From an uncultured delta proteobacterium (GTDB lineage: Bacteria; Desulfobacterota; Binatia; UBA9968): a stretch of 64,000 bases of DNA. The translations under genes and the position numbers were made by a program. The notes under the pieces were generated by a model. That model was not told where the DNA came from, did not search any database, and was given only the letters and a program-made list of their open reading frames with translations. The stretch covers positions 224,001-288,000 of the forward strand of contig CAVUZH010000022.1 in NCBI GenBank assembly GCA_963745835.1. The letters run 5' to 3'. How positions within the stretch are numbered: position 1 is the stretch's first letter; every line of letters starts with the position of its first letter. This document shows, piece by piece, positions 1 through 9,777 of the stretch.

Positions 1-4
1 TGTC

Positions 5-427
5 ATGAAACTTGACCTGACCAACGCATCAGTTATCGTCGATGCCGCGCTAGAGAATGCGCGGAAGTCCAAGATTAGACCGCTCTGCGTTGCGGTTCTC
101 GACGACGGCGGCAACTTAAAAGCTCTCAAGCGTGATGACGGCGCCAGCATTTTGCGACCGCAGATCGCGATCAGCAAAGCCTGGGGCGCTATCGGCATGG
201 GAGAATCGAGCCGTCACCTGGGCAATCGGCTGAAAGAGCTTCCGGCTTTTCTCAACGCGCTATCAGCGATGACTGGCGGCAAGGTCGTTCCGGTTGCGGG
301 CGGCGTATTGATCATGGACGGTGAAGTGATTCTCGGCGCCGCCGGCGCCAGCGGCGCGACCGCCGATGAAGACGAGGCTTGTGTCATTACCGGCATTCAA
401 GCAGCCGGCCTTCAATTCAAAGTTTGA
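5..427 (+). CDS. GlcG/HbpS-family heme-binding protein
   Basis: 140 aa; VAVLDDGGNL..L.RDDGA, IAISKAWGA and GGVLI..G..LGAAGASGAT..EDE motifs typical of the family. Confidence 0.85.
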   Translation: MKLDLTNASVIVDAALENARKSKIRPLCVAVLDDGGNLKALKRDDGASILRPQIAISKAWGAIGMGESSRHLGNRLKELPAFLNALSAMTGGKVVPVAGGVLIMDGEVILGAAGASGATADEDEACVITGIQAAGLQFKV

Positions 428-459
428 GGCGCAGCTAATTTATTTTACAGGAGCACATA

Positions 460-810
460 ATGAAGATCGTCAGGCTGTATACGGGTAACGATCAGAAGTC
501 GCATTTCGAAGAAATCGAGCTCAACTTTGGCGGCAATCAACCGATGCTGACGACCGAATCTCGAGCCGCAACCAGCGCGATCTTTCGCTCCGCGCCCGCC
601 GGGCTTTTTCTCGATCGCCACCCGGCGCCGCGGCGCCAATTCCTGGTGACACTATCCGGCTCATGGGAGATCGAAGCCAGCAATGGCGTCAAGCGGGTCT
701 TCAAGACCGGTGATGTCATGCTCGCCGATGACACCACCGGCGAGGGGCATACGTCCCGCGTGCTCGGCTCCGAGCCGCATGTTTTTATGACTGTGCCACT
801 GGCGGACTAA
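460..810 (+). CDS. cupin-domain protein
   Basis: HPAPRRQFLVTLSG..EIE and GDVMLADDTTGEGH motifs; RBS AGGAG upstream. Confidence 0.8.
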   Translation: MKIVRLYTGNDQKSHFEEIELNFGGNQPMLTTESRAATSAIFRSAPAGLFLDRHPAPRRQFLVTLSGSWEIEASNGVKRVFKTGDVMLADDTTGEGHTSRVLGSEPHVFMTVPLAD

Positions 811-838
811 ACGGCGCACCAACTATAATCATTGACTG

Positions 839-897
839 ACGTTGAACGTTGAACAAGAAACTTGGGTCCAACGGTTCAACCGTTCGAGGTTCAACGT
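839..897. repeat. heptamer-periodic inverted repeat (GTTGAAC x2 / GTTCAAC-like x3)
   Basis: acgttgaacgttgaac ... gttcaaccgttcgaggttcaacgt in the intergenic region. Confidence 0.6.
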
Positions 898-934
898 TAG
901 ATCTCAATGGAGTAGAATTTCTTCGAGGTAAATC

Positions 935-1867
935 ATGATCCGAATCGCCGTACCTGATTTAGTATCGAACTCTTATTTCCCGGCCATTGCCGCTGTCGAG
1001 TTGGGCTTTTTCAAATCTGAAGGTCTCGATGCCAGCATCGATTTGTTGTTCCCGGTGCCGAAAACTTTCGCAGCATTGCGTGACGGGCAGCTCGATTTTG
1101 TCGTCGGCTCGGCGCATGCCACGCTACTGGCCTTTCCAGATTGGAACGGCGCGAAATTACTGGCCGCGATCGCCCAGCATACCTACTGGTTTCTGGTGAT
1201 TCGCAAGGATCTCAATCCGCGGCGCGGTGATTTGAGTATCGTCAAAGGGCTGCGCATCGGCGCCGCGCCGGGCGTCGACTTGAGTTTGCAACGAATGCTG
1301 GTTGAAGCCGGCATCGATCCAGCAAAAAACAATGTGCAAATCATGCCGATTCCGGGCGCCGCCGGACCCAACGTTTCTTTCGGCCTCTCGGCGGCAAAGG
1401 CCCTTGAAGACGGCAAGCTCGACGGATTCTGGGCCAACGGCATGGGATGCGAAGTCGCCTTACGGCGCGGTGTCGGAACGATGGTTATCGATGTGCGTCG
1501 CGGTGACGGCCCTCCTCCGGCGCGTCACTATACGTTTCCGGCATTGGTGACCACCGAAAAAAGAATCCAACAGGAACCCGAAACCGCGACCGCGGCGATC
1601 CGCGCCATCATCAAGGCGCACAAAGCGCTCAAACAAGACATCAGTTTGGCTACTGAGGTCGGCAAAAAACGCTTCCCTCCTGCGGAAGCCGAACTCATCG
1701 CCGAGTTGATCCGGCGCGATCTTCCCTACTACGATCCGGCCATCACGGAAGAAAAAATAGCCAGCATGAATCGCTTCGCTACCGACATCGGACTGCTGTC
1801 AGCTCCGGTGACTTACGACAAAGTGGTCGCGATCGAGTTCAGCCATCTGTGGAAAGAAGCGGTTTAA
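935..1867 (+). CDS. NitT/TauT (NMT1/THI5-like) ABC substrate-binding protein
   Basis: AVELGFFKSEGLD, ALRDGQLDF, KGLRIG; no obvious signal peptide. Confidence 0.8.
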   Translation: MIRIAVPDLVSNSYFPAIAAVELGFFKSEGLDASIDLLFPVPKTFAALRDGQLDFVVGSAHATLLAFPDWNGAKLLAAIAQHTYWFLVIRKDLNPRRGDLSIVKGLRIGAAPGVDLSLQRMLVEAGIDPAKNNVQIMPIPGAAGPNVSFGLSAAKALEDGKLDGFWANGMGCEVALRRGVGTMVIDVRRGDGPPPARHYTFPALVTTEKRIQQEPETATAAIRAIIKAHKALKQDISLATEVGKKRFPPAEAELIAELIRRDLPYYDPAITEEKIASMNRFATDIGLLSAPVTYDKVVAIEFSHLWKEAV

Positions 1868-2181
1868 TCAGGCAAGTGCCACATCGATACTACAGCCAGC
1901 GCACCAATCCCCCGAGATGCGTTTCTCACTGAACCCAGGGTACGGCTTTCTGATCGGACGAATTCCTTCAGCTCGATGTTCAGCTTTCATCCTCTGATGC
2001 CGCCGCCATGATACTCGACCGAGCTTTTCTATTTATTACGAAGCACGCTAACGACACGGAATTCGGATAAACGAGTCACGAAGGCAAGCGGATTAAACAT
2101 ATTTTGTCTTCCTTCATCCGGTTCGTGGCGAGATCGTCCGCATACACAAAAAGCCCTATGTATTCGCCAATCTATGCGACG

Positions 2182-2209
2182 GGAACTTTTTCCTAAACCG
2201 ACCGTCTAA
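2182..2209 (+). promoter_or_regulatory. ECF (sigmaE-like) promoter upstream of the sigma gene
   Basis: GGAACT-N16-GTCTAA just upstream of the ATG at 2224. Confidence 0.75.
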
Positions 2210-2223
2210 TAAACAACAGGTCC

Positions 2224-2802
2224 ATGCTCGCTGAGGAAATAGGTGACGCGGAATGCGTCAAGCGCGTTCAACGGGGCGACACTCAATCCTTCGAGATTTT
2301 GGTGCGGCGACACCAAAACACGACTTTCAACCTGATTTATCGGTTTTTAGGAGACTATGATGAAGCGACCGAGACGGCCCAAGAAGTATTCCTCTCGGCG
2401 TACAAATCGATTCAGCAGTTTCGCGGCGACGCCAACTTTGCCACTTGGCTCTATCGGATCGCTTTTAACCATGCCAGCAGCCGCCGCAAAAGCTTGAACA
2501 GCAAACTACAGCGACAGGTTGCGCTGGGGGACGACCTGGTGCTGGTCGACTGCGGCGCAGATCCTGAGACCAGTGCGGAACGGAAGGAAATCCAGCAATG
2601 CGTGCAACAAGCGCTGAACAGTCTGGATGGTGACGACGCGCAAATCATTCTGCTCCGGGATCTACAAGACGTTTCCTATGAGGACATCGCCGAGACGCTT
2701 GATGTTCCCGTCGGCACTGTAAAATCGCGACTGCACCGCGCGCGACAAGCGTTGAGAACCAGACTTGCGCCCTACTTTACTCGCGATCGGAAAGTATCAT
2801 GA
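2224..2802 (+). CDS. ECF RNA polymerase sigma factor (RpoE/SigW-like)
   Basis: region 2 (AQEVFLSAY..FRGDANFATWLYRIA) and region 4 (SYEDIAETLDVPVGTVKSRLHRAR). Confidence 0.95.
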   Translation: MLAEEIGDAECVKRVQRGDTQSFEILVRRHQNTTFNLIYRFLGDYDEATETAQEVFLSAYKSIQQFRGDANFATWLYRIAFNHASSRRKSLNSKLQRQVALGDDLVLVDCGADPETSAERKEIQQCVQQALNSLDGDDAQIILLRDLQDVSYEDIAETLDVPVGTVKSRLHRARQALRTRLAPYFTRDRKVS

Positions 2803-4022
2803 ACTGCGTAGAGGCACAGAAACACTTTGCGGATTTGTTGGATCACAGCCGCGATGAACGGCTGCGCAAAGTAAACGATCATCTTGCCGCCTGTGCTCGG
2901 TGCAGGCAAGAGTTGGCCGCAGTTGCTGCATGCCAACAACTCGTTTCGGCTTTGCCGCCGGTCGAGCCGCCGGCAGGCTTCACAACCCGGGTCATGGCAG
3001 AAGTTCGTGACACGGCCCATCGGCCCAACCTATGGCAGCGTTTATTTTCAACACTGCAAGTTAAGCTTCCGCTGCAGGCCACGGCTGTGGTTCTGATCGG
3101 TGTCCTGGCGGTTTTCATTTATCACAAAGAGTCCGGCCAGCGGCAATCGACAAATACCGATCCGCCTACGAGTAGTCTTCAAAAACAGGCGGAAGCAGAC
3201 AAATTGCCGCCGACCGTCGGCCGAGCGCGTGCGCTTAAACCCGATGCGGAAAACCCGGAGGAGGCAGGAGCGCAGAAGCAGAAGGTGAAACGTTTACCGC
3301 GAACAGAACAGCCTCGATCGCCTGCCGAACCAGCAGAACGGAGCATCAGTGGCGGCATCCAGCCTGGCGCTCCGGCGGCTGGTCTTGCCGATGGGCCGGG
3401 CCGCTCTCCCGCTCCTCCCAAGTTAGAAAAACAATCTTCAGCAGCAGGCAATGCTGCATCCTCTCGCCGAGAACAGCTTTCGCCTTCCGACGCGCATGCG
3501 CCACCGTCGGCGACAGCAGTTCCGCAGCTCGACAAGGATACCGACTATAAGGACACTGCCGCCGCCGGAGAGCCCTCATCGTCTGCCGCGCCGGCGGAGA
3601 AGCGAGCTTCCAGTTCCTTAGATGCTCTTAAATCCGGCAGAACCGTGTTAGCGTTCCCGGCCGGCCATGAATTGACGCTCCGTCTGAAAGGGCCGGCCCG
3701 GGGTGACGAAACCGCAGCAGCGCCATTGGAATTGGAACGTCCTCAGACACAGCCGCGACCTTCGCCGGTAGAGGGAGAATTCAAAGAACTCGATCAGGCG
3801 CAGCAGCGCGCCATCGCAACCGATCAGCCACAAACTATCTGGGTTACTATCCGGGCCAGCCAATATGAGGGATTCAAGAAAGAACTTGCAGGTTTGGGTA
3901 ATATCGAGAGCGAATTGCCGGCGCCGGCTCACAATAACGAGGTAAAGCCGGCGGATCAACTTCGCATCAAGCTGACAATTCTCCCGCCGAACTATTCAGC
4001 GCAGCCTCCTTCAACCCGCTAG
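2799..4022 (+). CDS. zinc-finger (zf-HC2) transmembrane anti-sigma factor with long Pro/Ala/Ser-rich linker
   Basis: MNC...HLAACARC motif, one TM segment, ATGA overlap with the sigma gene. Confidence 0.85.
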   Translation: MNCVEAQKHFADLLDHSRDERLRKVNDHLAACARCRQELAAVAACQQLVSALPPVEPPAGFTTRVMAEVRDTAHRPNLWQRLFSTLQVKLPLQATAVVLIGVLAVFIYHKESGQRQSTNTDPPTSSLQKQAEADKLPPTVGRARALKPDAENPEEAGAQKQKVKRLPRTEQPRSPAEPAERSISGGIQPGAPAAGLADGPGRSPAPPKLEKQSSAAGNAASSRREQLSPSDAHAPPSATAVPQLDKDTDYKDTAAAGEPSSSAAPAEKRASSSLDALKSGRTVLAFPAGHELTLRLKGPARGDETAAAPLELERPQTQPRPSPVEGEFKELDQAQQRAIATDQPQTIWVTIRASQYEGFKKELAGLGNIESELPAPAHNNEVKPADQLRIKLTILPPNYSAQPPSTR

Positions 4023-4056
4023 AAATCTCCCGCAGTTTGCTGCGAAAGTTTGATTA

Positions 4057-4180
4057 CAGGCTGCTCAAAAAGACTCAAAGGCAAGGCGCGCGAAGTTCGA
4101 TGAGCTGAGGCGTACGCTTCAGTACGTTGAAGCGAGTCGGGCGAGCACAACGAAGCATATGAGGCTTTTTCAGCAGCCTG
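4057..4180. repeat. MITE/REP-like element with terminal inverted repeats
   Basis: CAGGCTGCTCAAAAAG ... CTTTTTCAGCAGCCTG, 124 bp; related copies at 5708 and 40857. Confidence 0.75.
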
Positions 4181-4183
4181 CTC

Positions 4184-4211
4184 GGAACATTTTCTTCCGT
4201 GCGAAGTCTAA
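4184..4211 (+). promoter_or_regulatory. second ECF promoter, upstream of the DUF4139 gene
   Basis: GGAACA-N16-GTCTAA, same spacing and -10 as 2182-2209. Confidence 0.7.
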
Positions 4212-4255
4212 TCGAAGAAATTGCAACTCGGAAAACACCGCCTCAGGAGGAAACA

Positions 4256-5707
4256 ATGAGATTACGCCGCAGAAGCGCTTTAGAGTTTTTGGCGCTCGCT
4301 TTGATTATGATTCTTGCGCCGGGAGCGGAGTGGCGCACATTTGCCTATGCAGCCGATCCTGCCGGCGCTGCGGTCGCGACCAGCCTCGCCGATCAGGAAG
4401 CACTTTCGATTACCATCTACAATAGCAATCTCGGTTTGGTAAAAGACACCAGACGTCTAACCTTGCCAAGCGGCGTCACGCAGCTAAAGTTCGGTGAAGT
4501 AGCGGCGAAAATCATGCCGCAGACCGTGCATATCAAGTCGCTGAGCGATCCCAGGCAATTGCAGATTCTCGAACAGAACTACGAGTATGATCTGCTGACT
4601 CCGCAGAAGCTGCTCGAGAAATTCGTCGGCAAAGAGATCACGATTCTCAAAGACAACGTGGAAGTTCCCATCACGATTCTCAGCGTGAATCAGGGTATCG
4701 TTTACAAATTGGGCGGACGCATTTTTACGGGGCAGCCGCACAATCTGATCTTCCCCAACATTCCCAACAACCTCATCTCTCATCCAACCCTGGTTTGGTT
4801 ATTGGAAAACCGCGGGACAGCGCCGCATGAGCTGGAGGCAACCTATCTCACTCAAGGCATCAGTTGGCGGGCCGATTACGTCGCCGTTCTCGACAGTAAG
4901 GATAAGCTCCTGGACCTTTCCGGTTGGGTGACTTTGGACAATCAAAGCGGCGCGAACTATCAAAACGCCCGCCTCAAACTCGTCGCCGGCGACGTCAATC
5001 GGGTCATCGAACGGCGCGGCGCTGCAGACGCCGTACGAGCATTGTCGGAACTATCGGCAAAGCCCGCCGTCGCTCCGTTTAGCGAGGAGTCGTTCTTTGA
5101 ATATCACCTTTATAGCCTGCAGAGAGCCACGACCATCAAGGAGAACCAGACAAAACAGGTGAGCCTCTTATCAGCGGATCGCGTACCAATCACCAAACAG
5201 TATGTGTATCGCGGCTCACAGCAATATTTTCGGTCCAGATTTGGCACGCCGGTCTCGGACCAAAAGATTGGGGTTTATGTCGATATCGGCAACAAGAAAG
5301 AAAACAATTTAGGCATGCCCCTGCCCAGAGGGATCGTGCGGGTTTACAAAGCCGACAGCGATGGCAGCCTGCAATTCATCGGCGAAGACCGCATCGATCA
5401 CACGCCAAAGGACGAAACGATCAAGATCAAGATGGGCGACGCCTTCGACGTCGTCGGCCAGCGCAAGCAGACCGACTGGCGCAAGCTCGCCGACAATCTT
5501 TATGAAGCCGCATTCGAGATCAGCGTGCGTAATCACAAGGAGGAAGCCGTTACCGTGAACGTCATCGAACCGATGCTGGCGGATTGGGAAATTCTGAGCA
5601 ACTCTCATGCTCACAAAAAAACTGACGCTCACACGGCTCAGTTCGATCTGCCCGTGGCGAAAAACGGTGAGACCAAACTGCAGTATCGAGTCCGATATAA
5701 GTTTTAG
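4256..5707 (+). CDS. DUF4139-domain secreted protein
   Basis: ITIYNSNLGLVKD, LEQNYEYDLL, YLTQGISWRADY, FFEYHLY, LGMPLPRG.VRVY; AGGAGG RBS supports ATG 4256. Confidence 0.9.
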   Translation: MRLRRRSALEFLALALIMILAPGAEWRTFAYAADPAGAAVATSLADQEALSITIYNSNLGLVKDTRRLTLPSGVTQLKFGEVAAKIMPQTVHIKSLSDPRQLQILEQNYEYDLLTPQKLLEKFVGKEITILKDNVEVPITILSVNQGIVYKLGGRIFTGQPHNLIFPNIPNNLISHPTLVWLLENRGTAPHELEATYLTQGISWRADYVAVLDSKDKLLDLSGWVTLDNQSGANYQNARLKLVAGDVNRVIERRGAADAVRALSELSAKPAVAPFSEESFFEYHLYSLQRATTIKENQTKQVSLLSADRVPITKQYVYRGSQQYFRSRFGTPVSDQKIGVYVDIGNKKENNLGMPLPRGIVRVYKADSDGSLQFIGEDRIDHTPKDETIKIKMGDAFDVVGQRKQTDWRKLADNLYEAAFEISVRNHKEEAVTVNVIEPMLADWEILSNSHAHKKTDAHTAQFDLPVAKNGETKLQYRVRYKF

Positions 5708-5826
5708 CAGGCTACTGAAAATGCTCCATCTACTTCCTGCTACTTTGTCCGCTCGCTCAACGTACTCACAACGACGAGCGTACGTTCTTCGCCCGCGTTT
5801 GTATCGCCATTTTTTTGAGCAGCCTG
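5708..5826. repeat. MITE/REP-like element, second copy
   Basis: CAGGCTACTGAAAA ... TTTTTTGAGCAGCCTG directly after the DUF4139 stop. Confidence 0.7.
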
Positions 5827-6559
5827 CAGGAAGAGGGTTTTCAGCAGAGTGTCAGTGTGCTGTCTGAGTTCGCTACTTAGTAAGCCTTCTGCCGGCAAGC
5901 TGGTGATAGATAACAGGAGCCGGAATCCCCTTGTAGTGGGCCGGTTTGAACCGGCCTTACGGATGCGTCCTTTCCGAGCGCATCACGGCGCGAAGCACAT
6001 CACCGACCCGACGGCTGAAGAATTGTGATTGACAGTTGTTCTAGGACGGTGCGATAAGGCGATAGCGACACGATTGGCCTGACGCTCCTCGGGCCGGCAA
6101 GATTCTAGACATACTCAGGTCCGATCGGTTCTATACATTTTCACCGTCATCTCCAAAATGCCGGGTCCTCTGAGCGGTGCTTGCGATGCACCCCTCCCCT
6201 AGGTGACAAAAGAAAGCGAATCAAATTTGCTCTCCTCAGTAGTCAAAAAGATACATCGAGTCTGCCTCTCGACATACGAACATTGCGCGAACCATGAGAT
6301 TTCTCCGGCAGTTCAGATGCCGACCGTCTTTAATGACGGTCGTGAGCGCTGGCCTCGCGATTGCTGAAGGAATCTCTAGGTTAAGTATTCCGTATGTGAT
6401 TCGCTCAACACCAAACCGTCAACAAATTCATTGTGAGGTGACTTATTAGCGGCCGACAAGCTTGATCGAGGTGCTCTCGCAGGCCGCAACTAACAAGAAG
6501 CAAAACATTCCGGCTGACGCTGTTCAGGCTGCAACTCTTAACTCTCCCATTTCCATTTG

Positions 6560-6596
6560 GGCCCGATTGGTTTCTAACCGGTCGGGCCTTTTAATT
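6560..6596 (+). terminator. intrinsic terminator-like hairpin ~70 bp before the SBP array
   Basis: GGCCCGATTGGTT-loop-AACCGGTCGGGCC followed by TTTTAATT. Confidence 0.6.
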
Positions 6597-6667
6597 GAGC
6601 TCTATTGGACGTCTGTTGAGACGAGCAGAAAAACAAATTTAATGATCGGCTGAATCAGGCGCACAAG

Positions 6668-7660
6668 ATGATCACGAAAATAATCAGTCGCCAGTGGTCA
6701 GCAGTCAGTTTTGCTGTTGGCGTTTTGCTGTTTCCGCTTTGCGTATCCGCTCAAAGCCAGCAAACAACGAAGCTCTACCGTATAGGATATCTAACTGGTG
6801 GCTCCCTTTCTTTTGAGGGGGCGCTCGGCCAGGGGCTGCGCGATCTTGGATACGTCGAAGGAAAAAACATCATCATTGAGCGACGCTCTGCAGACGGAAA
6901 GCTCGATCGACTAGCTACTCTCGCGGAGGAGTTAGTGCGTCTGAAGGTAGACGTCATCGTCACAGCTGGCTTGGGGACAACCGGTCCCGCACATGCAGCA
7001 ACGAAGACGATTCCTATTGTCATGACGCAGGATCAGGACCCGGTTAGTAACGGGTTTGTCGCTAGTTTGGCGCGGCCAGGCGGAAACATCACGGGGTTGT
7101 CCACTCTTGCCCCCGAGATAAGCGGAAAACGACTTGAGCTTCTGAAAGAAGTCCTCCCTAAGCTCTCGCGGGTTACCGTCCTGGGGACATCAACGAGCCC
7201 GAGCACGGCACAAGCTTTAAAGGAAACCGAACTCGCCGCAGCCGCATTTGCAGTCAATCTTCACTACCTCGATGTACGGACTTCGAAGGATGTCGGAATG
7301 GCCTTTGGAGCCGCAGCGAAAGAGCGTGCTGACGCAGTCCTAGTACTTGGGGGTCCAGTGCTCGCTTCTCAGCGATCACAGTTTCCCGATCTCGCAGTAA
7401 ACAGCCGGCTCCCGGCAATATACTGGAGGTCGGATATTGTGGAAGACGGCGGACTTATGAGCTACGGCGTGAACTTGCCCGACTTAAACCGCCGCGCCGC
7501 GACGTATGTTCACAAGATTCTCACAGGGGCGAAGCCAGGCGATTTGCCCGTGGAGCGGCCGAATAAATTCGAGCTAGTCATCAATCTGAAAGCGGCGAAG
7601 CAGATTGGTCTGGCGATTCCGCCCAACGTGCTGGCGCGAGCGGACAGGGTGATCCGGTGA
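6668..7660 (+). CDS. COG2984/ABC_sub_bind substrate-binding protein, array copy 1
   Basis: signal peptide; [62 protein letters not shown]. Confidence 0.92.
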   Translation: MITKIISRQWSAVSFAVGVLLFPLCVSAQSQQTTKLYRIGYLTGGSLSFEGALGQGLRDLGYVEGKNIIIERRSADGKLDRLATLAEELVRLKVDVIVTAGLGTTGPAHAATKTIPIVMTQDQDPVSNGFVASLARPGGNITGLSTLAPEISGKRLELLKEVLPKLSRVTVLGTSTSPSTAQALKETELAAAAFAVNLHYLDVRTSKDVGMAFGAAAKERADAVLVLGGPVLASQRSQFPDLAVNSRLPAIYWRSDIVEDGGLMSYGVNLPDLNRRAATYVHKILTGAKPGDLPVERPNKFELVINLKAAKQIGLAIPPNVLARADRVIR

Positions 7661-7718
7661 CAGCGGTCAGAGATCAGAAGTCAGACAACAGAGATCGGAA
7701 AACCCAGGACGAACAGCA

Positions 7719-8711
7719 ATGACTGAAAAAATCATTCTTCTTGCTCTATGCTCCCTTCTCCTTGCTCCATGCGCTGCCGTCGATGCGCAGCGGCCGACGA
7801 AAGTCCCGCGGATAGGGTACCTATCGAATAGCGATCCAGCTCAGGAGTCCGCCCGTTCCGAGGCCATTCGGCTGGCTCTGCGCGAGGTTGGCTACATAGA
7901 AGGACAGAACATCGCCACTGAATACCGATATGCGGAGGGAAAACCCGATCGATATCCTGAGCTTGCGGCCGAGCTGGTGGCCCTCAAGGTTGATATCATC
8001 GTGGTACCCGGAGGGGACATACAGATCAGGGCGGCCAAGGATGTGACCAAAACGATTCCCATTGTTATGGTGGGGCAAGGGCTCGATCCTGTTGAGGCAG
8101 GCCTCGTTGAAAGCCTCGCCCGTCCCGGCGGCAACGTTACCGGTGTTACAAACCTTGGCACAGATCTAGGCGGGAAGCGCCTGGAGTTGCTCAAAGAAGC
8201 CGTTCCCAAACTTTCCCGCGTCGCGGCTATTTACGCTCGCACCATTCCCCGCAGTGTACTCGAAGCGAGAGAGGTTCTCCCAGTCGCAGCGCGTGCGCTG
8301 TGGTTGACTGTTCGGTCTTGGGAAGTACGAGCTGTGGACGATTTCGACAGGGTATTCGCTGAGATCAGTAAGTGGCGTCCCGACGGACTCTACGTGCTTG
8401 GCGGCGGCGCGCTAATGCGTGCTAACGAAAAAAGGATGATCGGCTTTGCATTAAAGAGCCGGTTACCGTCTGTGTACACGACGCCAGCCGTAAATGCCGG
8501 TGGACTCATGTACTACGGGGCGGACTTCGCGGACAGCTACCGGCGCGTAGCCACCTACGTGGATAGAATCATCAAGGGCGCAAAGCCCGCGGATCTTCCC
8601 ATCGAGCAGCCGACGAAGTTTGAGTTGGTGATCAATCTGAACACGGCAAAGCAGATCGGCCTGACAATTCCGCCGAACGTGCTGGCGCGAGCGGACAAGG
8701 TGATCCGGTGA
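7719..8711 (+). CDS. COG2984 SBP, copy 2
   Basis: same motifs, intact ORF. Confidence 0.92.
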   Translation: MTEKIILLALCSLLLAPCAAVDAQRPTKVPRIGYLSNSDPAQESARSEAIRLALREVGYIEGQNIATEYRYAEGKPDRYPELAAELVALKVDIIVVPGGDIQIRAAKDVTKTIPIVMVGQGLDPVEAGLVESLARPGGNVTGVTNLGTDLGGKRLELLKEAVPKLSRVAAIYARTIPRSVLEAREVLPVAARALWLTVRSWEVRAVDDFDRVFAEISKWRPDGLYVLGGGALMRANEKRMIGFALKSRLPSVYTTPAVNAGGLMYYGADFADSYRRVATYVDRIIKGAKPADLPIEQPTKFELVINLNTAKQIGLTIPPNVLARADKVIR

Positions 8712-9739
8712 AGCGATTTTGGATTTGTCAGATTTTGGATTTTGGATTGGACGACTCCAGGAGTCAGAAAATTTTCGTCTTACTCTTGCGCGCATTGCTC
8801 TTTGCGCTTTGCTCGTCCGCCGAGGCGCAGCAGCAGGCAAAGATACCTAAGATTGGCTGGCTCGGAGTCCGTCCCGCTGCGTCAGACCCGGGCGCGAGTT
8901 ATTCGGTCGAGAGTTCCGTGAACTCGGCTATGTTGAAGGCAAGAACATAATATTCGAGTATCGATCCGCTGACGATAAGCTCGAACGGCTCCCCGCCCTG
9001 GCTGATGAATTGGTCCGTCTCAAAGTTGACGTGCTCCTCGCGTCCGTGGACGCCTGCTGCCGCTAGCCGCCAAGAACGCTACCACGTACGATCCCCATCG
9101 TTTTTTAACGGCGGCTGATCCTGTTGCGCTGGGCTGGTTGATAGCCTGGCGCGGCCTGGGGGGAACATCACAGGGTTCACCAGCATTGCGCCGGTGTTAG
9201 CTGGCAAACGACTTGAGTTACTCAAGGAAACCATTCCCAAACTCTCCCGCGTTGCGGTGCTGTGGGATCCGCAGAATCCAGGCTCTGCGCAACAATGGAA
9301 AGAAAGCCAACTGCCGGCACGAGAACTGGGTTTGCAACTTCATTCCATGGAGGTAAGCAGCGCCGACGAATTCGAGAGCGCGTTCAAAGAGGCGATTAAG
9401 GCGCGTAGCGCCGCTCTCGCCGTGATGGCGAGCCCGTTTGTCTATTCTAATCAAAAACAGATCATGGACCTGGCGACAAAAATCGATTGCCGGCGATATA
9501 CCCTCGGGAAGATTTTGTCGACAGCGGCGGCTTGATGTCCTACGGAGCCGACCGGAGCCGAATCCTTCAGGCGCGCCGCGTTGATGGTCGACAAGATTTT
9601 GAAAGGTGCCAAGCCCGCCGATCTTCCCGTGGAGCAGCCGACGAAGTTCGAGTTCGTCATCAATCTGAAAGCGGCGAAGCAGATCGGTCTGACGATTCCG
9701 CCGAACGTGCTGGCGCGGGCGGATAGGGTGATCAAGTGA
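8708..9739 (+). pseudogene. COG2984 SBP, copy 3 (several frameshifts; may be sequencing errors)
   Basis: fragments 8708-8950, 9194-9535 and 9487-9726 in different frames together cover the full paralog. Confidence 0.85.
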
Positions 9740-9777
9740 AGCTTAGGGTCACGATTTCAGACAAGGAAGCCAGACAA

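Noticed and set aside
6462-6653. 63-aa ORF upstream of the array
   Set aside because: TTG start, no clear RBS, and it runs through the terminator hairpin
6642-6653. ATGATCGGCTGA as an entry site resembling the SBP gene end
   Set aside because: The match to the 12-bp junction motif is too weak to distinguish from chance
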